From assembly GCF_009834535.1 (NCBI RefSeq), contig NC_045696.1, positions 86,926,001 to 86,990,000 of the forward strand: a stretch of 64,000 nt of DNA, in the 5' to 3' direction. This stretch comes from Camelus ferus. Taxonomy: Eukaryota. Below are positions 51,461 to 64,000 of the stretch, piece by piece. The notes beneath the pieces were generated by a model. The model was given only the letters and a program-made list of their open reading frames with translations, was not told the DNA's origin and made no database searches. The position numbers were made by a program, and so were the translations under genes. How positions within the stretch are numbered: the first letter of the stretch is position 1; every line of letters starts with the position of its first letter.

Positions 51461-52476
51461 CATTTACTTTATAGGCTGCTTATTCCACATTACAGGAACA
51501 TTTGCTTCCTGAAACTACCTGCGCCACATTAAGAGAAACTCAACCTAGAAATGTTTTAAATGCAACTTCATAATAGTCTTTAGATATTTCATACATAAAT
51601 ATATTTACATACTTAGCAAAGTGTTCATGAAACAAGGATTAAAGAGAAATTTCATACACACTCACACATACACATATTCAAATACACACCAGACATACTC
51701 AAATATATATGGTCTATAACACTAGAAGGGAAGGGGAATTTATTTTACCTTTGAGAAATTTTAAGGGCTGGGTAGTAAATGAATATGCCTAAAGTCCATA
51801 GAACTAAATTAAGTTTCTTGGTCAATGCTGGGCTTCTTATTATGAAGGAGCTATTTCATACACTGCTTTTTTTAACCAACCTGAGTGCTTAACACATAAA
51901 TAATTTACCATCAGCTGTAACTTGATCATAATTAATGGTAAATTATAATATCAATGTGTTTACCTAGTTTCTTTTGCAAACACTTTGAAAATATATTTTA
52001 TACTAATAATAATACATTCCATTAAGAAAAAAGTAATATAACAAAATTCATACAGAATTATTCAAAACTGGTACATTCAAAATTCATTTGTGTATAATAC
52101 AAAAAAGTTGTCTATATGCACATGTAAGATGATAGAGTTTGAAAGAGAGATGAGGCTAATACTTATTGCTTATTTAGAACTGTAAAAGCAAATTTTAATA
52201 TTTTTAGTCTTCATAGTTGTTGAGCCTTTTTCACTGAGCTGATATGTGATAGTAATAGATGCATTAACTTGTCCCATATATTTAGATTTTATGTAGTTTT
52301 TGGTTATTATAAGTACAACTCTATTGAATATTTTCTTGTATTCTTCATGTTCATATTGATTTATTTCTTTAAGCTATTTTTTAGCAGTAGGGTTGCTATT
52401 TTTAAGTATGAAAATATAATCATGATGCTTATAAAGCCAGAGTAAATACTCTGATATATATCATACATTTTTTAAA

Positions 52477-52849
52477 TGTTGGGGAATTAGAAGATTTGTT
52501 CTCTGTCCAGGCGCTGTTAAAAAAAGGAATTAAAATCTTTGAAGAAAATGGGTTGCCCAGCCATCTAGCTGTAATGCACTGAGGCTCCAAACTAGTCATA
52601 AATGTGTGCTTCTAGTAAGACAGTGATATAACTGCTTGCATGAGCAATGAGAGTGGCAGATATCAGAGATGAGGCTCTCCTGGCTAGTACTCAGTGGGAA
52701 GCACAGACATGGTGTTCTCGGAAGTACAGGACACATGATGATTTCCATAAAAGTTTATCTCTGTGAGTTTTTTGGGGGAAGAGCTTATGTACAACCCTTC
52801 TTTATACTCACAGAGCCAGGTCTATGTGATCTTATTCCAGAAAACAACA
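52477..52849 (+). mobile_element. Probable solo LTR (family unassigned)
   Basis: tgttgggga...aaacaaca termini, GC-richer interior, ataaaagtttatct polyA-like segment, and flanks TAAA/TAAT. Confidence 0.45.
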
Positions 52850-54334
52850 TAATATCATAATGCATAAGAAATCAAGATGGCTAGGCGGTATATTTCTGAG
52901 CCATAGTAGGTCTGGTGTAACTGGAGGATCATAACATTTCTGAGAGCTGGGTACAAATTAGACTGCATAGAATATTTATGAGCGATATGCAAAATCTTTA
53001 ACAACAGGGAAATAAGCATGCTCGTTGTTACATACTTTCTGTAGTTTCCATTTATAATGGTTACTCATTCATGCATCTTGAGATCCTGAGGTTGGGTTAT
53101 TTATGTCTTATCAAGATTGGTGATGTTTGGTCCTAACTGTTGGCCTAACTGTTGACACAGCTGTCCTTTTCACATCTAAAACTGGTCCAGTTCAACATAC
53201 TGTACCTAGCAAAATTTCCCCAACTATGTATAAAATATTATTTACAAATTACTGACAATGAAAAGAGAGTCAATATAAGTGTTTATTCTTGAAGTTGACA
53301 AAAATCTACTTTCAATAAAGAATAGAGCCTTGAATCAAAACTAGGAGGGACCAAGGCTACTGGGATAAGTATCTATTTCCCCAGTAATGTAAAAGTGCAC
53401 ACCTGAGCTGGCCCTTTGAATCCATTTTCTGGTAAACTCCACAGGGTTTAGGGATTTAAAGCAAGTTATTCTGTATTAAAGCGCTGAAAGCTCCTGCTAA
53501 TCACCTCATATCTGAAATGTTTGCATTTCATTTAGTGATTTTTTTAATGCCAATTTATTTATTATGCAATAGGATCCAGTCTTATCTTTTGTTATCAGAC
53601 TGTTACATGGATTTTATCTTTTATTTTAAATTCTTAACTAAAATTTGTGAAAAAGCTTTACAGGTTGAATATATGTTATTCTTTCAAATATTTAAAATTT
53701 TAATCCATACAATGATATAAGTGAAACTATTTACATAATAGATTTTTGTTCATTGCATCATAATTAGTAGCTAAGCAAGTCTATAATATGTGTTTCAAAG
53801 TTATTTAGACCATAAATTATTATTGATTATCTCAGACTAAAATAGATTTATTCTACAGAAAAATCAATGTTTACAAGTTAATAACACAACTATGAGTTCT
53901 TTAAATTAACACAAAATATATTGACCCATTTATCAATTTTACTCGAATTTGTTTTGATAAACTTTAGAAAGTTGATGATCTCCAGACTGGTTTAATTAAA
54001 GTGAGGTATGTTTTGTAATATTTACTATTTGATTATCTAATATTGTAGGGGGTATAGTTTTTTATTAAAAATGTAAGCTTTTATAGAGAAGTTTCTCAAA
54101 AGTATATTGTAATATTTTTATATTTTCAAAATAAGCAAAAGTCATACTGATATGTTAGAACTGTGCAGTAAAATTATTTTCTCAAAATTCATTGTATGTC
54201 TATAATATATTATATATTAGCAACAGAAATTCACTAGAAGAATGTTTCCATCACTTTGAAAAAATGGACAAAACTCTGGCTTAATGAACACCCAAACAAT
54301 ATCCAACAATATCCTTCTTCTGAACATCCTCCTA

Positions 54335-55810
54335 AGGAAACAGGGCATCAGATGACCATGTAGCCTGAGAGGCCCATAATGAATTTGATGTTGACTCAAG
54401 CACCTATACCAATGGACGTGATATAAATGAGATTGAGCATGGGTAGGTCTGTAAGGTAAGAGTAAGTTGCAAGAGTTGGTGGTTCAGACTCTCAGAATCA
54501 ACAATTTTCCTTCACTTCATGCTTATGTATTGCTGGGATACTCTTTATGACCAGTTGACAAAGGATGGACAGTTTTGAATATGGTTTATAGATGGGTGTG
54601 CATGAGATGCTGGTACTACTTGAAAGATGACAGATGTAGCACTACAGATTCAGAGGTGATCAAGAAGGACAGTGGTGAATGAAAAACCCTTCCCAGTGAA
54701 CAGAAATTTTTAGTAGTACATTTTGGTGTCTACATTGTTTGAAGTGACAGATTGCCAGAAATACAGATTTAAACTGACTATGTGTAACTGCTATGGTCTG
54801 GCTGGCTGATTGGAAGATTAGTGACAATAAAGTCTTGGGAAGAGGTATTGGCATGGGGGAGCTTTCAGAATGAGCAAACACTGTAAAGATGTTTGTGACC
54901 CATGTGATTGCTCAATAAATGGGATCCACAGTAGAGAAGGTTCTTAATAATTAAATAGACAAAATGACATTCTCTGTGGATGTCAGTAAGTCTTTTCTCC
55001 AGCCATTTCAGTGCTAAGTCAACGGGCCCAAGAATATACTGGCCATGGTGACACAGATAAAAAAATACATATGACCTCAGAAATGTAAAGCTTCTATATA
55101 CTTATATGTGTAAGGTGGACTTGTTTACTGAAGACTCAATTACAGGACAAGTGAAAGACAATACTCTGAAAGGATATGATGATATATTGTGGTTGCTTTA
55201 CGTTTTGATGTGCAACCATTATTTGGTGCTCTCTTTCACATACCCAGAATACATAGGTCTAGGAATCAAGGAGTAGAAGTTGGAGTGACTCCTCTTACTA
55301 TTATACCAAATAACACACTTGCAGAATTTTTGTTTTCTGTTCCACCAAACTTGAGCTCTGCTGTTTTGGAGTCTAAGTCCCCAGTGTGTGAATACATCAA
55401 TGATTCCATTGAATTGAAAGGTAAGTGTGCAAGTTGGCCAATTTTAGTTCTTTACGCCACTTAACCAACAAACAGAAAAAGGATGTACTCTAAGGGATAG
55501 AGTAAATGATCCCATTACAAAGGGGGAATTTGGCTGCTTCTAGACAATGGAGGCAAAGAGAACTGTGTCTGGCACCCAGGAGACTCTCCAGGGTACCTCT
55601 TGATATTCCATGCCTAATAGTGAAAGTTAATGGGGAGTAATAACACTCAAGAAAGGTAGGAAAATCCAGAACTCAGAACTTTCAGAAATAAAGATCTGAA
55701 TCACTGTAACAAGTCAAAAACCCTAATGAGCTGAAGATCTTGCTAAATTAGTAACTATGTAGAATAGGTAGTGACAGAAGAAATAATAAGTATCAATTAC
55801 ATTCCATTTT
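54335..55810 (+). mobile_element. ERV-L internal fragment (RNase H, post-integrase region, dUTPase), degenerate
   Basis: tggtttatagatggg (WFxDG) and aaggacagtggtgaa...tcccagtgaacagaa (KDSGE..SQxxE). ORF 55189-55464 has RIHRSRNQGVEVGVTPLTI, similar to ERV-L pol. Confidence 0.88.
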
Positions 55811-55868
55811 TATTTTGACCAACTTATAGGGGGAAAGCATATAAGTTTTGCAGTCACTACTTTACATA

Positions 55869-56345
55869 CAGAACTTCCTCAACTTAAAATGGGGTGATAT
55901 CCTGATAAACACATTGTAAATTAAAAATATCATAAGTTGAAAATGCATTTAATACACCTAACCTACCAAACATAGCTTAGCCTAACCTAAGTGCTCAGAA
56001 CACCTACATTAGCCTACTGCTAGTGAAATCATCTATCACAAAGCCTGCTTTATAATGAAGTATTGACTATCTCATGTAATTTATTGAATACTATACTGAA
56101 AGTGAAAACTAGAATAGTTGTATGAGTACTGATGAGCTGTGTGGATAGTTTGCTTACCCTTGTGACTGTGTGGCTGACTGGGAGCTGTGGCTAGGTGTTC
56201 CTGCCCAGCATCATGAGAGAGTACCATACCGTATATCATTAGCCAGGGATCAAAGTTCAAAATGTGAAGTCCTGAAATACATTTTACTGAATGTGTGTCA
56301 TTTTCACACCATTATAAAGTGAAAAATCGTAAGTCGAGAATGTGT
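55869..56345 (+). mobile_element. MER47/Tigger5-like TcMar DNA transposon
   Basis: TA|cagaacttcctcaacttaaaatgggg, aaaatgcatttaatacacctaacctac, and the end aaaatcgtaagtcg. Confidence 0.85.
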
Positions 56346-56904
56346 GTGTCTGTGTACAGTTATACATGATTTATAGATATAACAATGGATGATTATAGAT
56401 ATGCTGATATTTGATGTTTTTATACTTTTTTTGTACTTTAAAAGGAGCCCAGAAGTGATGTACTTCCCCTGAAGAAAGAGTTTTGTAAATATTACTTTCA
56501 TAGATGTGTAAAACTTCTGCCCAAACCTTGACTTACACAAATTCAGGTTTTATTTTAAAGTGTACTACTCCTCTGGTACTGGTAAAGAGGAAAAAAAATG
56601 TTAACTCTTTTCACTGTTCAATTCAGCTCAGCTAGCTTAAGAGCTATACAAACCTCCATGCTGCATTAATCAATGCTTTTCAAAGTTACTATTAACCTTC
56701 TTTTATCTCCCTTTTGAAATCTATGATAGCAGACAAAGTCTGCCTATCTTGTTAATTGTAGTAATTTTACCCTTATATTACAATGCTGTCATATTCTCAA
56801 ATATAAAACTTGAAAATCTCAAGGAAATTCAAGGTTTCAACTAAATCAAAACTTTTGATCCATTCCTTTTAATTTATAATAAAATTTATAGAAAGCTAAG
56901 TTCA

Positions 56905-57653
56905 GAAAGGAAGGTTTGACTCCAACTCCAGGCCAGAATGGTGATATATTAGGCTTCTGAGTGTTCCTCAACCCTCAGATACACTGAATGTACCACTATA
57001 CATGGAGAGATTTCCCATGAAGAAAATTCAGAAGCTAGATGAGTGATTCCTATACATCAGTGAACTGAGAAAATACTCTCACTGAAATGGATAGGAAAGG
57101 CTGAGCAACTCTCACCAACAACGCCATTCCTGGCACAGTGCCATACAATCAAGAAGGAACTTTAATTTTAGTAAGAACCTGCCATTTATGACATGGGTGA
57201 ACCTGGACAGCATTAGGCTAAATGACATAAACCAAACAGAGAAAGTCTAACATTTTGTGGTATCATATATATGTGGAATCTCACACACACAAAGAGTCAT
57301 AGACTCACAGAAACAGAAAGTAGAATGGTGGTTGCCAGGACCTGGGGTCTGGGGAAATAAGAAGAGGCTGGTTAAAAGGTATAAAATTTCAGCTATGAAA
57401 TGAATAAGGTCTGCATGTCTAATTATAACATGGTGACTTTAGTTGATAGTACTGTATTACATAGTTGAAATTTATTGAGAGTAGAATTTATTCTCTCACA
57501 CACACAAAGGTAAAAATGTAAGGTGATAGTAGATATTTTAATTAACTCAATGGGGGAATACTTTCACAATGTGTCTGCATCTCAAATCATCAGGCTGTAC
57601 GTGTTAAATATATTACAATTTGATTTGTTAATTACCTCAGTACAGCTGACAAA
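56905..57653 (+). mobile_element. Bipartite L1: about 260 bp of 5' end joined to an L1MA9-like 3' UTR
   Basis: 5'-like gaaaattcagaagctagatgagtgattccta...ataggaaaggctgag, then from about 57175 cctgccatttatgacatgggtgaacctgga...tacaatttgatttgttaattacctcagtacagctg plus an A tail. Confidence 0.75.
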
Positions 57654-59799
57654 AAAGATGTGTTCATGCTTCTAGAATCCAACTTAAGGTATATTTTCCT
57701 ACACATGGATTCTACTTTATGTCTGAGATTCATGGTGTTAAGAATTTATAATTAAAATGTTAAGAATCTATACATTTTAAGAAAAGGTACACTTTATTCA
57801 TGCTATTTTAACTCATTTCATTTGCTACTGTTTCATCATATAACTCCGAATGTATAAAAGTTATCTTATATGACAATTTAGAATAGGATCGATAATTAGC
57901 TCTGTAAAATATGACATACTCTAGCAGATTTTTAAGCCATACATTATCTTAGTGAAGTAAAAAGTAATGTAATTTTGTATCTGTTATAATCTACAAGCAT
58001 GCAGCATATCCTCAGCTCCAACTTTCTCCACAACTGTATTCAGGTGATTGAGTATAATTTTTTTCAGGTACAATAAATTGGTCACTGATGACCTATTTCA
58101 GGTTTTTTAAGTCTCTTTATTTCATCAAATATCTTTTCAACGAAGTCTCCTTGGAAACTGTATTCTTTTCAATTCCCAAAATATGTTAAAATCAAAAAAC
58201 CATAGTTAAATATTGAAAAAAAAGTGTGTATAATTCCTAAATAAAAAAGGCATCACCCTGTCAAGCTATCCATAAATCTGTAATAATATAATTATTTGGA
58301 GGGACCATTTCTATTGGAGAGAAATGTAATTCTCACAATAAGGTTATATTTGATAGTAACAGAAATCTGGTTAAAAGTGATTCATATCATCCATTGTGCA
58401 TACTGTGGAACTTTTCCAAAGATCATACTCATGTGAAATTTATTGATCTATTATCTAATAGTTCAGTCAATGGTCTATCTAGTTTCTCCAAATATGAAAC
58501 TTAAAAATAAGGTAATGTTCATATGAATTAGTAGATTCAGATGTGTCTGAAAGATTTAACAATAGCTCCTCTGTGTAGCTTCATGACTAGTATCACTGAT
58601 AGTTCTCAGATCCTGCTACCTGTGGTACAAAACTTGCTACCCAAGTTTTCTGGAAAATCCAATATTATATAAGTTGTCACAGTGTCATGCCCAATAAACA
58701 ACAGACTAAAAATCAACTTTCTAAAATATCTTGAGTTTCTCCTGGCATCATACAATTTCTGAAGCCTATTTCCTCCATAAATATTGTCCTTTAAAAAGTA
58801 CACCTTTTTTCTTGTCAAAACAAATTGCAAACATCTTTACTTTAGGCTAAGAAATATTTATCAGAGTTGTTTAGCTCTCCAAAGCCTAAAGCAGTGCCTG
58901 GATAAGCAGATGTTAGTTTCCAAGATATTACTGAACATCACTGATATTAGAAAAGAGTCCTAAAGATGCCTTCTTACTGCCCACCTTCATTGTGGCTTAC
59001 ATTCATCACTTTAGTGCAACGAAGTTCTTGCTGCTGATGAAGCTATTTATAGTTCTCTTTCAGAAGTAAGTAACCTCTGCTATTACAGAGGTTATAGAAA
59101 AGTGATTTTTTTTTTTTAACGTGGCATGTGAGTGTTCTTTAAAAATGATGCCATAGCTCACTTTTAGTGACACCACCTTTATCCGTCACTCTAGCTCTTG
59201 TTCTGCCAGTTTAGTACTGGTGCTTCCACATCCCAGTTGCACACCCTGCTTAGATGTAAGAGTTTCTCATTTATGAAATCTCTCCCATTTTTGGTATAAG
59301 AAACTGGACATTTGTGATGCCACTGACTGAGGGAGTTACCTGTAGATATGAAATTTGTGTATGTGAGTGAAAAGGGAAGTGAGAAGAAAGCCCAAAAGAT
59401 ACTGATTCCCAGTTTTTTAACACTCTTGAGTTTATAGTAACAACCAGATATTAAATTGGAAAACTGACAATAGTCCTGGGCTATCTGAGTTCCAATACAG
59501 TTGTCTTTGATGAAATACTGTACAATTTCAGGTGCCATAGGGCAGAGGGAAATATGAAGTTATATTTATTTCTTGTAAATGTTTATAATTATTTTACATT
59601 TACCTCAAAGGTAGATTCATATAACCAGATGTGGGAATTAAAGCATAAATTCTGGGTTGACCAAAAATAAAATAATCCCAATCTACTTTTCCTTTATCAG
59701 CCACCTCTAAAAGAAGCTTTAAATGTCAGCCATTTGTCACCTCAGCCTTCTTTAGCCAAGTATATACCTTTGACTAAATTCTGGTGAATAAGAATCAGT

Positions 59800-60152
59800 G
59801 GGCTTCTAAAATAAAATTTAACTTTTGGGCCTTAATAAATGGGACAAACAATAAAAAAAAACTGGAGAGTTATTTTCTCCCATTTCTGCCATCCTTGACC
59901 TTGACTTAGACATTAGAAGATGGAATAGTCACCTTATGTACAAGTGGGTAAAACCATGAAAATGAAAAATCAACATGTTAAGGTGAGTCGAGCAAAGGTA
60001 ACCATCATCATCATATTTCAGCTAAATTCTCTATTATTTCATTCAGTTCTGGTCTCTGTAAATCTGACCTTCTTAAAAACTATGAATGCATTTAAATTTA
60101 ATATTAGTTTGTTTCCATGATATTTACAACTGACGGGATTCCTAATGTAAAC
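59800..60152 (+). mobile_element. Old MLT1 (J/K-like) LTR remnant
   Basis: gtcaccttatg...aaaatcaacatgttaagg, and the end atttacaactgacgggattcctaatgtaaaca. Confidence 0.45.
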
Positions 60153-60689
60153 AGAACTTAACTGTCAATAAAAAAAATCTTAGATAAAATTTATTTCATA
60201 TAACCGTTGTATATACTTCGACTGAATAAAATTCTATAACAAGACTATACATTTTAGATTATACACAGCACTGCCAAAGTATATTCTTTTTCTAGTAGTA
60301 ATATTTTGTAATCCTTTGATTTAGCAAGTAATCTAATATAAAGTTGTTAAAATGACAATTTTCAAATATATATTGAAAGTAATTATTATCAGATATGTCA
60401 TCCATTTACATAATTACTTCTTGTACAACCTAAGTAAAGTAAGTAAATAATGAATTCCTTGCTTCATAAAATGAAGTATATCTAAGAATACATAAAAATG
60501 TAATAAATTTTTAAAAGATCTTAAAATTTATAACTTTGTACACATATTGGTTTCTTATCAAAAAAGAAATATATTTCCAGGTTAAGATGGTTCAGTGAGT
60601 TTATGCTTTAATAAATGATTCTTCTTTACCACACATAAGGAATAAAATCTATAAAGAAAGCACTATGAATGTATTATAACTGTGTTCAA

Positions 60690-60737
60690 ATAATAAATAA
60701 ATAAATAAATAAATTTTTTCTTTTTCTTTTTTTTTTA
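60690..60737. repeat. (AAAT)n abutting a T-rich tract
   Basis: Directly visible. Confidence 0.85.
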
Positions 60738-61179
60738 ACCAGAAAGTGAACTAGGCTATAGACCCATACCTGCCACTTTCCAGAACTGGAGCTTGTAGCA
60801 GAGACAGACTCTCTGTAGAGTTCTGCATGGATTAACTGAGATTTCAGTCCAGGGGTTGGCCTCCACTCAAAGGGTTATGGGGGTTTGGGATATCCCTTTG
60901 TACTCTCTTCTGCTGTCTCCTTCTCTTGGCAAAAAATATATTTCTGAAAAATTCCTGACAAACTCTGAAATCCCTACAGTCACTGGAAAACAGAACATTT
61001 CAGAGATGGAGGGTCAGGCCTAACCTTTCATAATCAGGCACCAAGTCCACCAGTCAATTGTTTCTGTGATTGCATTTATAACATCCCAAGCTTCACCATG
61101 TGGGCACAAAGCAACACCTTCTGACTGTCATCACAGAAAGGAGAAAGAGAGAAGAGATAGAGAGAGACAAAGTCTCTCC

Positions 61180-61530
61180 TGCAAAATGAGACTTTAAACT
61201 GAAGCCTCAAAACATATTAAGAATTTATAAGTCAAGATGTATAAGCAACAAAATTTCAAAAACTGCCTCTTGGTAACAATGATTCGATTGAATAATCTCC
61301 TGAAAACTATATAATATGTATGATTAGGATGCTTAAAGACATCATAAATTATGAGACAAAGTAGAAATATTAATATAAAATGATTATGAAGATTTGGTCA
61401 AAATACTTAAAATATAAAAGTTAGCTATTAAAATTTAAAAATTCTAAATAAACTGCACAAATTCTATGCTGATAATATTGAAAATAAAATTAGTAAACTG
61501 TATATTTCTATTGATCTAGAGAAAGAGAAA
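61180..61530 (+). mobile_element. Possible old L1/HAL1 ORF1 N-terminal remnant
   Basis: tatgattaggatgcttaaagacat...aaaatttaaaaattc...gaaaataaaattagtaaactg resembles the L1M ORF1 coiled-coil region. Confidence 0.45.
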
Positions 61531-62869
61531 AAATGTAATATTTACTGAAGAAAAATGTAAAAATATAAATACTGAGAAAACTAAATCTGAAAACCTCCAT
61601 GCTAAAACTTATATTGAAATTTGTTGATATTTTTATATTATCCTATAAAGATATATTATTCACATATATTTTTGCACTATTAAACTTTGATCACAATATG
61701 TGCATTCCAATAAGTAAAATGCACATTTCAAAAAGTAAAAAAACCGCTTTTTTAAAAATTATATTCATCTTTTTAGGCTCTTAGGTATTAAATGATCTAT
61801 TTCATTTTAAAGAACTTTTAAATTTTGTTGTTTCTATCAATATAACAGGAATGCTGCAAAAGGACTTCTACAAATTGTATTGGACAATTATTCAATTGTT
61901 TACAATAGATTCATAAAACAGCTCAAAACCCTAGTTAAGTTCAATTTTTTCTTTTTACTTAGGATAAATTCCAAGATTGAGTCAAACTGTATAATTCAAT
62001 TTAGAAAGTTTCTCCATACTAGTCTCTAGAAAGTTATGAGATTCACATCAAATTTACTCTATTCATTTTTAATAATATTTAAAATTTTAATTTTAACATT
62101 AAATTTTAATGTTTCATCTATAATAATAAGTAAATCATCATTTCCAACTAAAATTATAACTGGCATTACAATATTGTCCTATGGTTTAGGAATACAGAAA
62201 ATTCCCCCTTACTTAGCTTACTATTCCCTAAATATCTGGGAATTAGCATTGATAGGGGAGCAAAAAGCTTAATTAAAATGAAAGTTTACTCTCAAAATGA
62301 AATATTAAAGGATTATCAGTTCCTACTTTAGTGTCTCTCATCTATTCTCAATTTAATCAACTTGTCTCTCAATTGCAGGCTAAAACCTTTTTGTTCTTTT
62401 CAAACATCAGGTGAATCACATTAAAAATCATAAGAGCAAATCAGACAAAGACATGTGGGAAATCTAGAATTTAATTAGATTGTAATCTAATCTTCATTAG
62501 TCATTAGTTCAGTAGTTCAGTAGTCTTTAGATATGCGTCAAAAATTACATGGAGATATTTAGACTTACTGGCTTTTTTAATGCAATAAGAGTCAAAGAAA
62601 CAAATTACAAAGAGTGGTCAAATTTACTGAAAGTTTACAGAATTCTATAGATAAGCTATTAGTGAATGTGTAGAGCTTGAATCCAAGCGCATAGCCCTTG
62701 TGAAATACCCATTTCAAAATTAGGGAGTCATTAATGAAACAACTTTTGATGGTGATTGGCATGTCTCATTGTGGTCAGCAACTAAAATCAGGTATAATCA
62801 CCTAAATTAAAATCTTTGGTTATGGTCTTCGAGTTGCCACCAAGGTGATATATCCCTATTCTTTAAGTT

Positions 62870-63370
62870 CTCTCTCACAGCTAAAATCCTTAAGACGTAA
62901 TAAAACAAACAAGCCTTAAAATATCTGAAAGGTGGAAAGAAGAAGATGGGCTACCTAGGGACCTGTGGACTTGAGGAATGACATGATTTTGGTTTTCTGG
63001 ATTTTTTTTTTTTTTATTGCCTCCCATATATACCAAACAGAACTCTACAGAGGCTTCTAACCTGGAACTGCCAACAAGCAGATGAAAAACTTCCCAGCAA
63101 AGCCAGCTTCCCTAGTTAAAGAATCTGGAAGTGAATGTCCTAACAGAACATAGAATCTTCATGGCAATACTCTATCCCAGTCCAGCCAAACATCAGTAGA
63201 AGTATTTCCCTGACCTTGTGGTTTCAAATGAGTCCATGTAAGTTGCTTGTCTTCCATCTCACTCCTAGTCCCCCATCCCATGGATTCAGGTGGTGCACCC
63301 TGATTCTCTGGCTGGGCAGGGTTGGCAGGACCCAGGGGAAGCAGATCTTCCATTCCTCCCCCCCACCTTT
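62870..63370 (+). mobile_element. Old L1M (L1MD-like) 5' UTR fragment
   Basis: ctgaaaggtggaaagaagaagatgggctacctagggacc...gacttgaggaatgacatg...ggaactgccaaca. Confidence 0.6.
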
Positions 63371-63981
63371 TTTTTTTTTTAACATCCATATGATATAATG
63401 CTTTAGGAACAGTTTAGAATTTTGGCAGAGGAAACTGTATTCCTAGTTCTTATAATATACAGGGGGATATAGCTGGGGAGAACAAATTGGTACAAAATAT
63501 TTTTCCACACTCTTAATAGGATTCTATGCTGTCGATTCAGCTAAAAAGTAAGCAGAATACAAAATGGATTGCGTATCTATTACAGTCAGGATCTATTTCA
63601 AGCCACTTGGATTTCTTGGTTAGGGTGCTGTGTAATATAACTCTCAGCTAAGTGGAGGAAATTGTTCTCAGAGAATCGTACTGAAATCTATCTATCCTGT
63701 TGATATTTCATACAGACATTCATTACATTAGCAGCTTTGGCAAAAGACAGAGGTATGTAACCTTTTCCTGTATACCTTAAATGTATTTGTTGCCTGCTTT
63801 TTTCAAGTAGGTACCCCCATCACCTAAACAAGGCATCAGTCTTAGCATTTTAACCATTTTCTGAACTAGTAACTAGTTATTGGCTATATGATCCACTTTA
63901 ATTCTTTCTTGAAATTTCCATATGGAATTTTACAATTGCATTAACTATACAAGGCTATTGCTAGAATCCAGTCGTCTAGGG

Positions 63982-64000
63982 CAGGGGTTGGCAAATTACT
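63982..64000 (+). mobile_element. Possible hAT-Charlie (MER58-like) terminal repeat at the window edge
   Basis: caggggttggcaaa resembles the Charlie-family terminal inverted repeat, but it is truncated by the window. Confidence 0.4.

Overview
This is AT-rich, CpG-depleted mammalian genomic DNA, either a gene desert or a large intron. I find no credible protein-coding exon, RNA gene, CpG island or CRISPR array. The long ORFs I examined are low-complexity, antisense-LINE or decayed-retroviral artefacts, and none of the other listed ORFs resembles a protein I recognise. Most recognisable sequence is eutherian transposon fossil: many old L1M fragments, L2 and MIR remnants, two ERV-L pol/dUTPase fragments, ERV1-type solo LTRs (two with exact 4-bp target-site duplications, TSDs), MLT1/MLT2 LTRs, and MER20, MER5-like and MER47/Tigger-like DNA transposons. 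Two short young L1 3'-end copies and the lack of recognisable lineage tRNA/7SL SINEs suggest a camelid (inference). The most unusual observations are: a 133-bp L1 5'-end-only, tailless insertion with a 15-bp TSD; two L1s whose 5' end is fused directly to a 3' part inside apparent TSDs; a recent 81-bp tandem duplication in an old L1; a 23/24-bp match between two repeat-poor regions 26 kb apart; and a possible highly decayed integrase remnant. I do not see a convincing new biological system. Subfamily names come from recalled consensus sequences, not from a database search.
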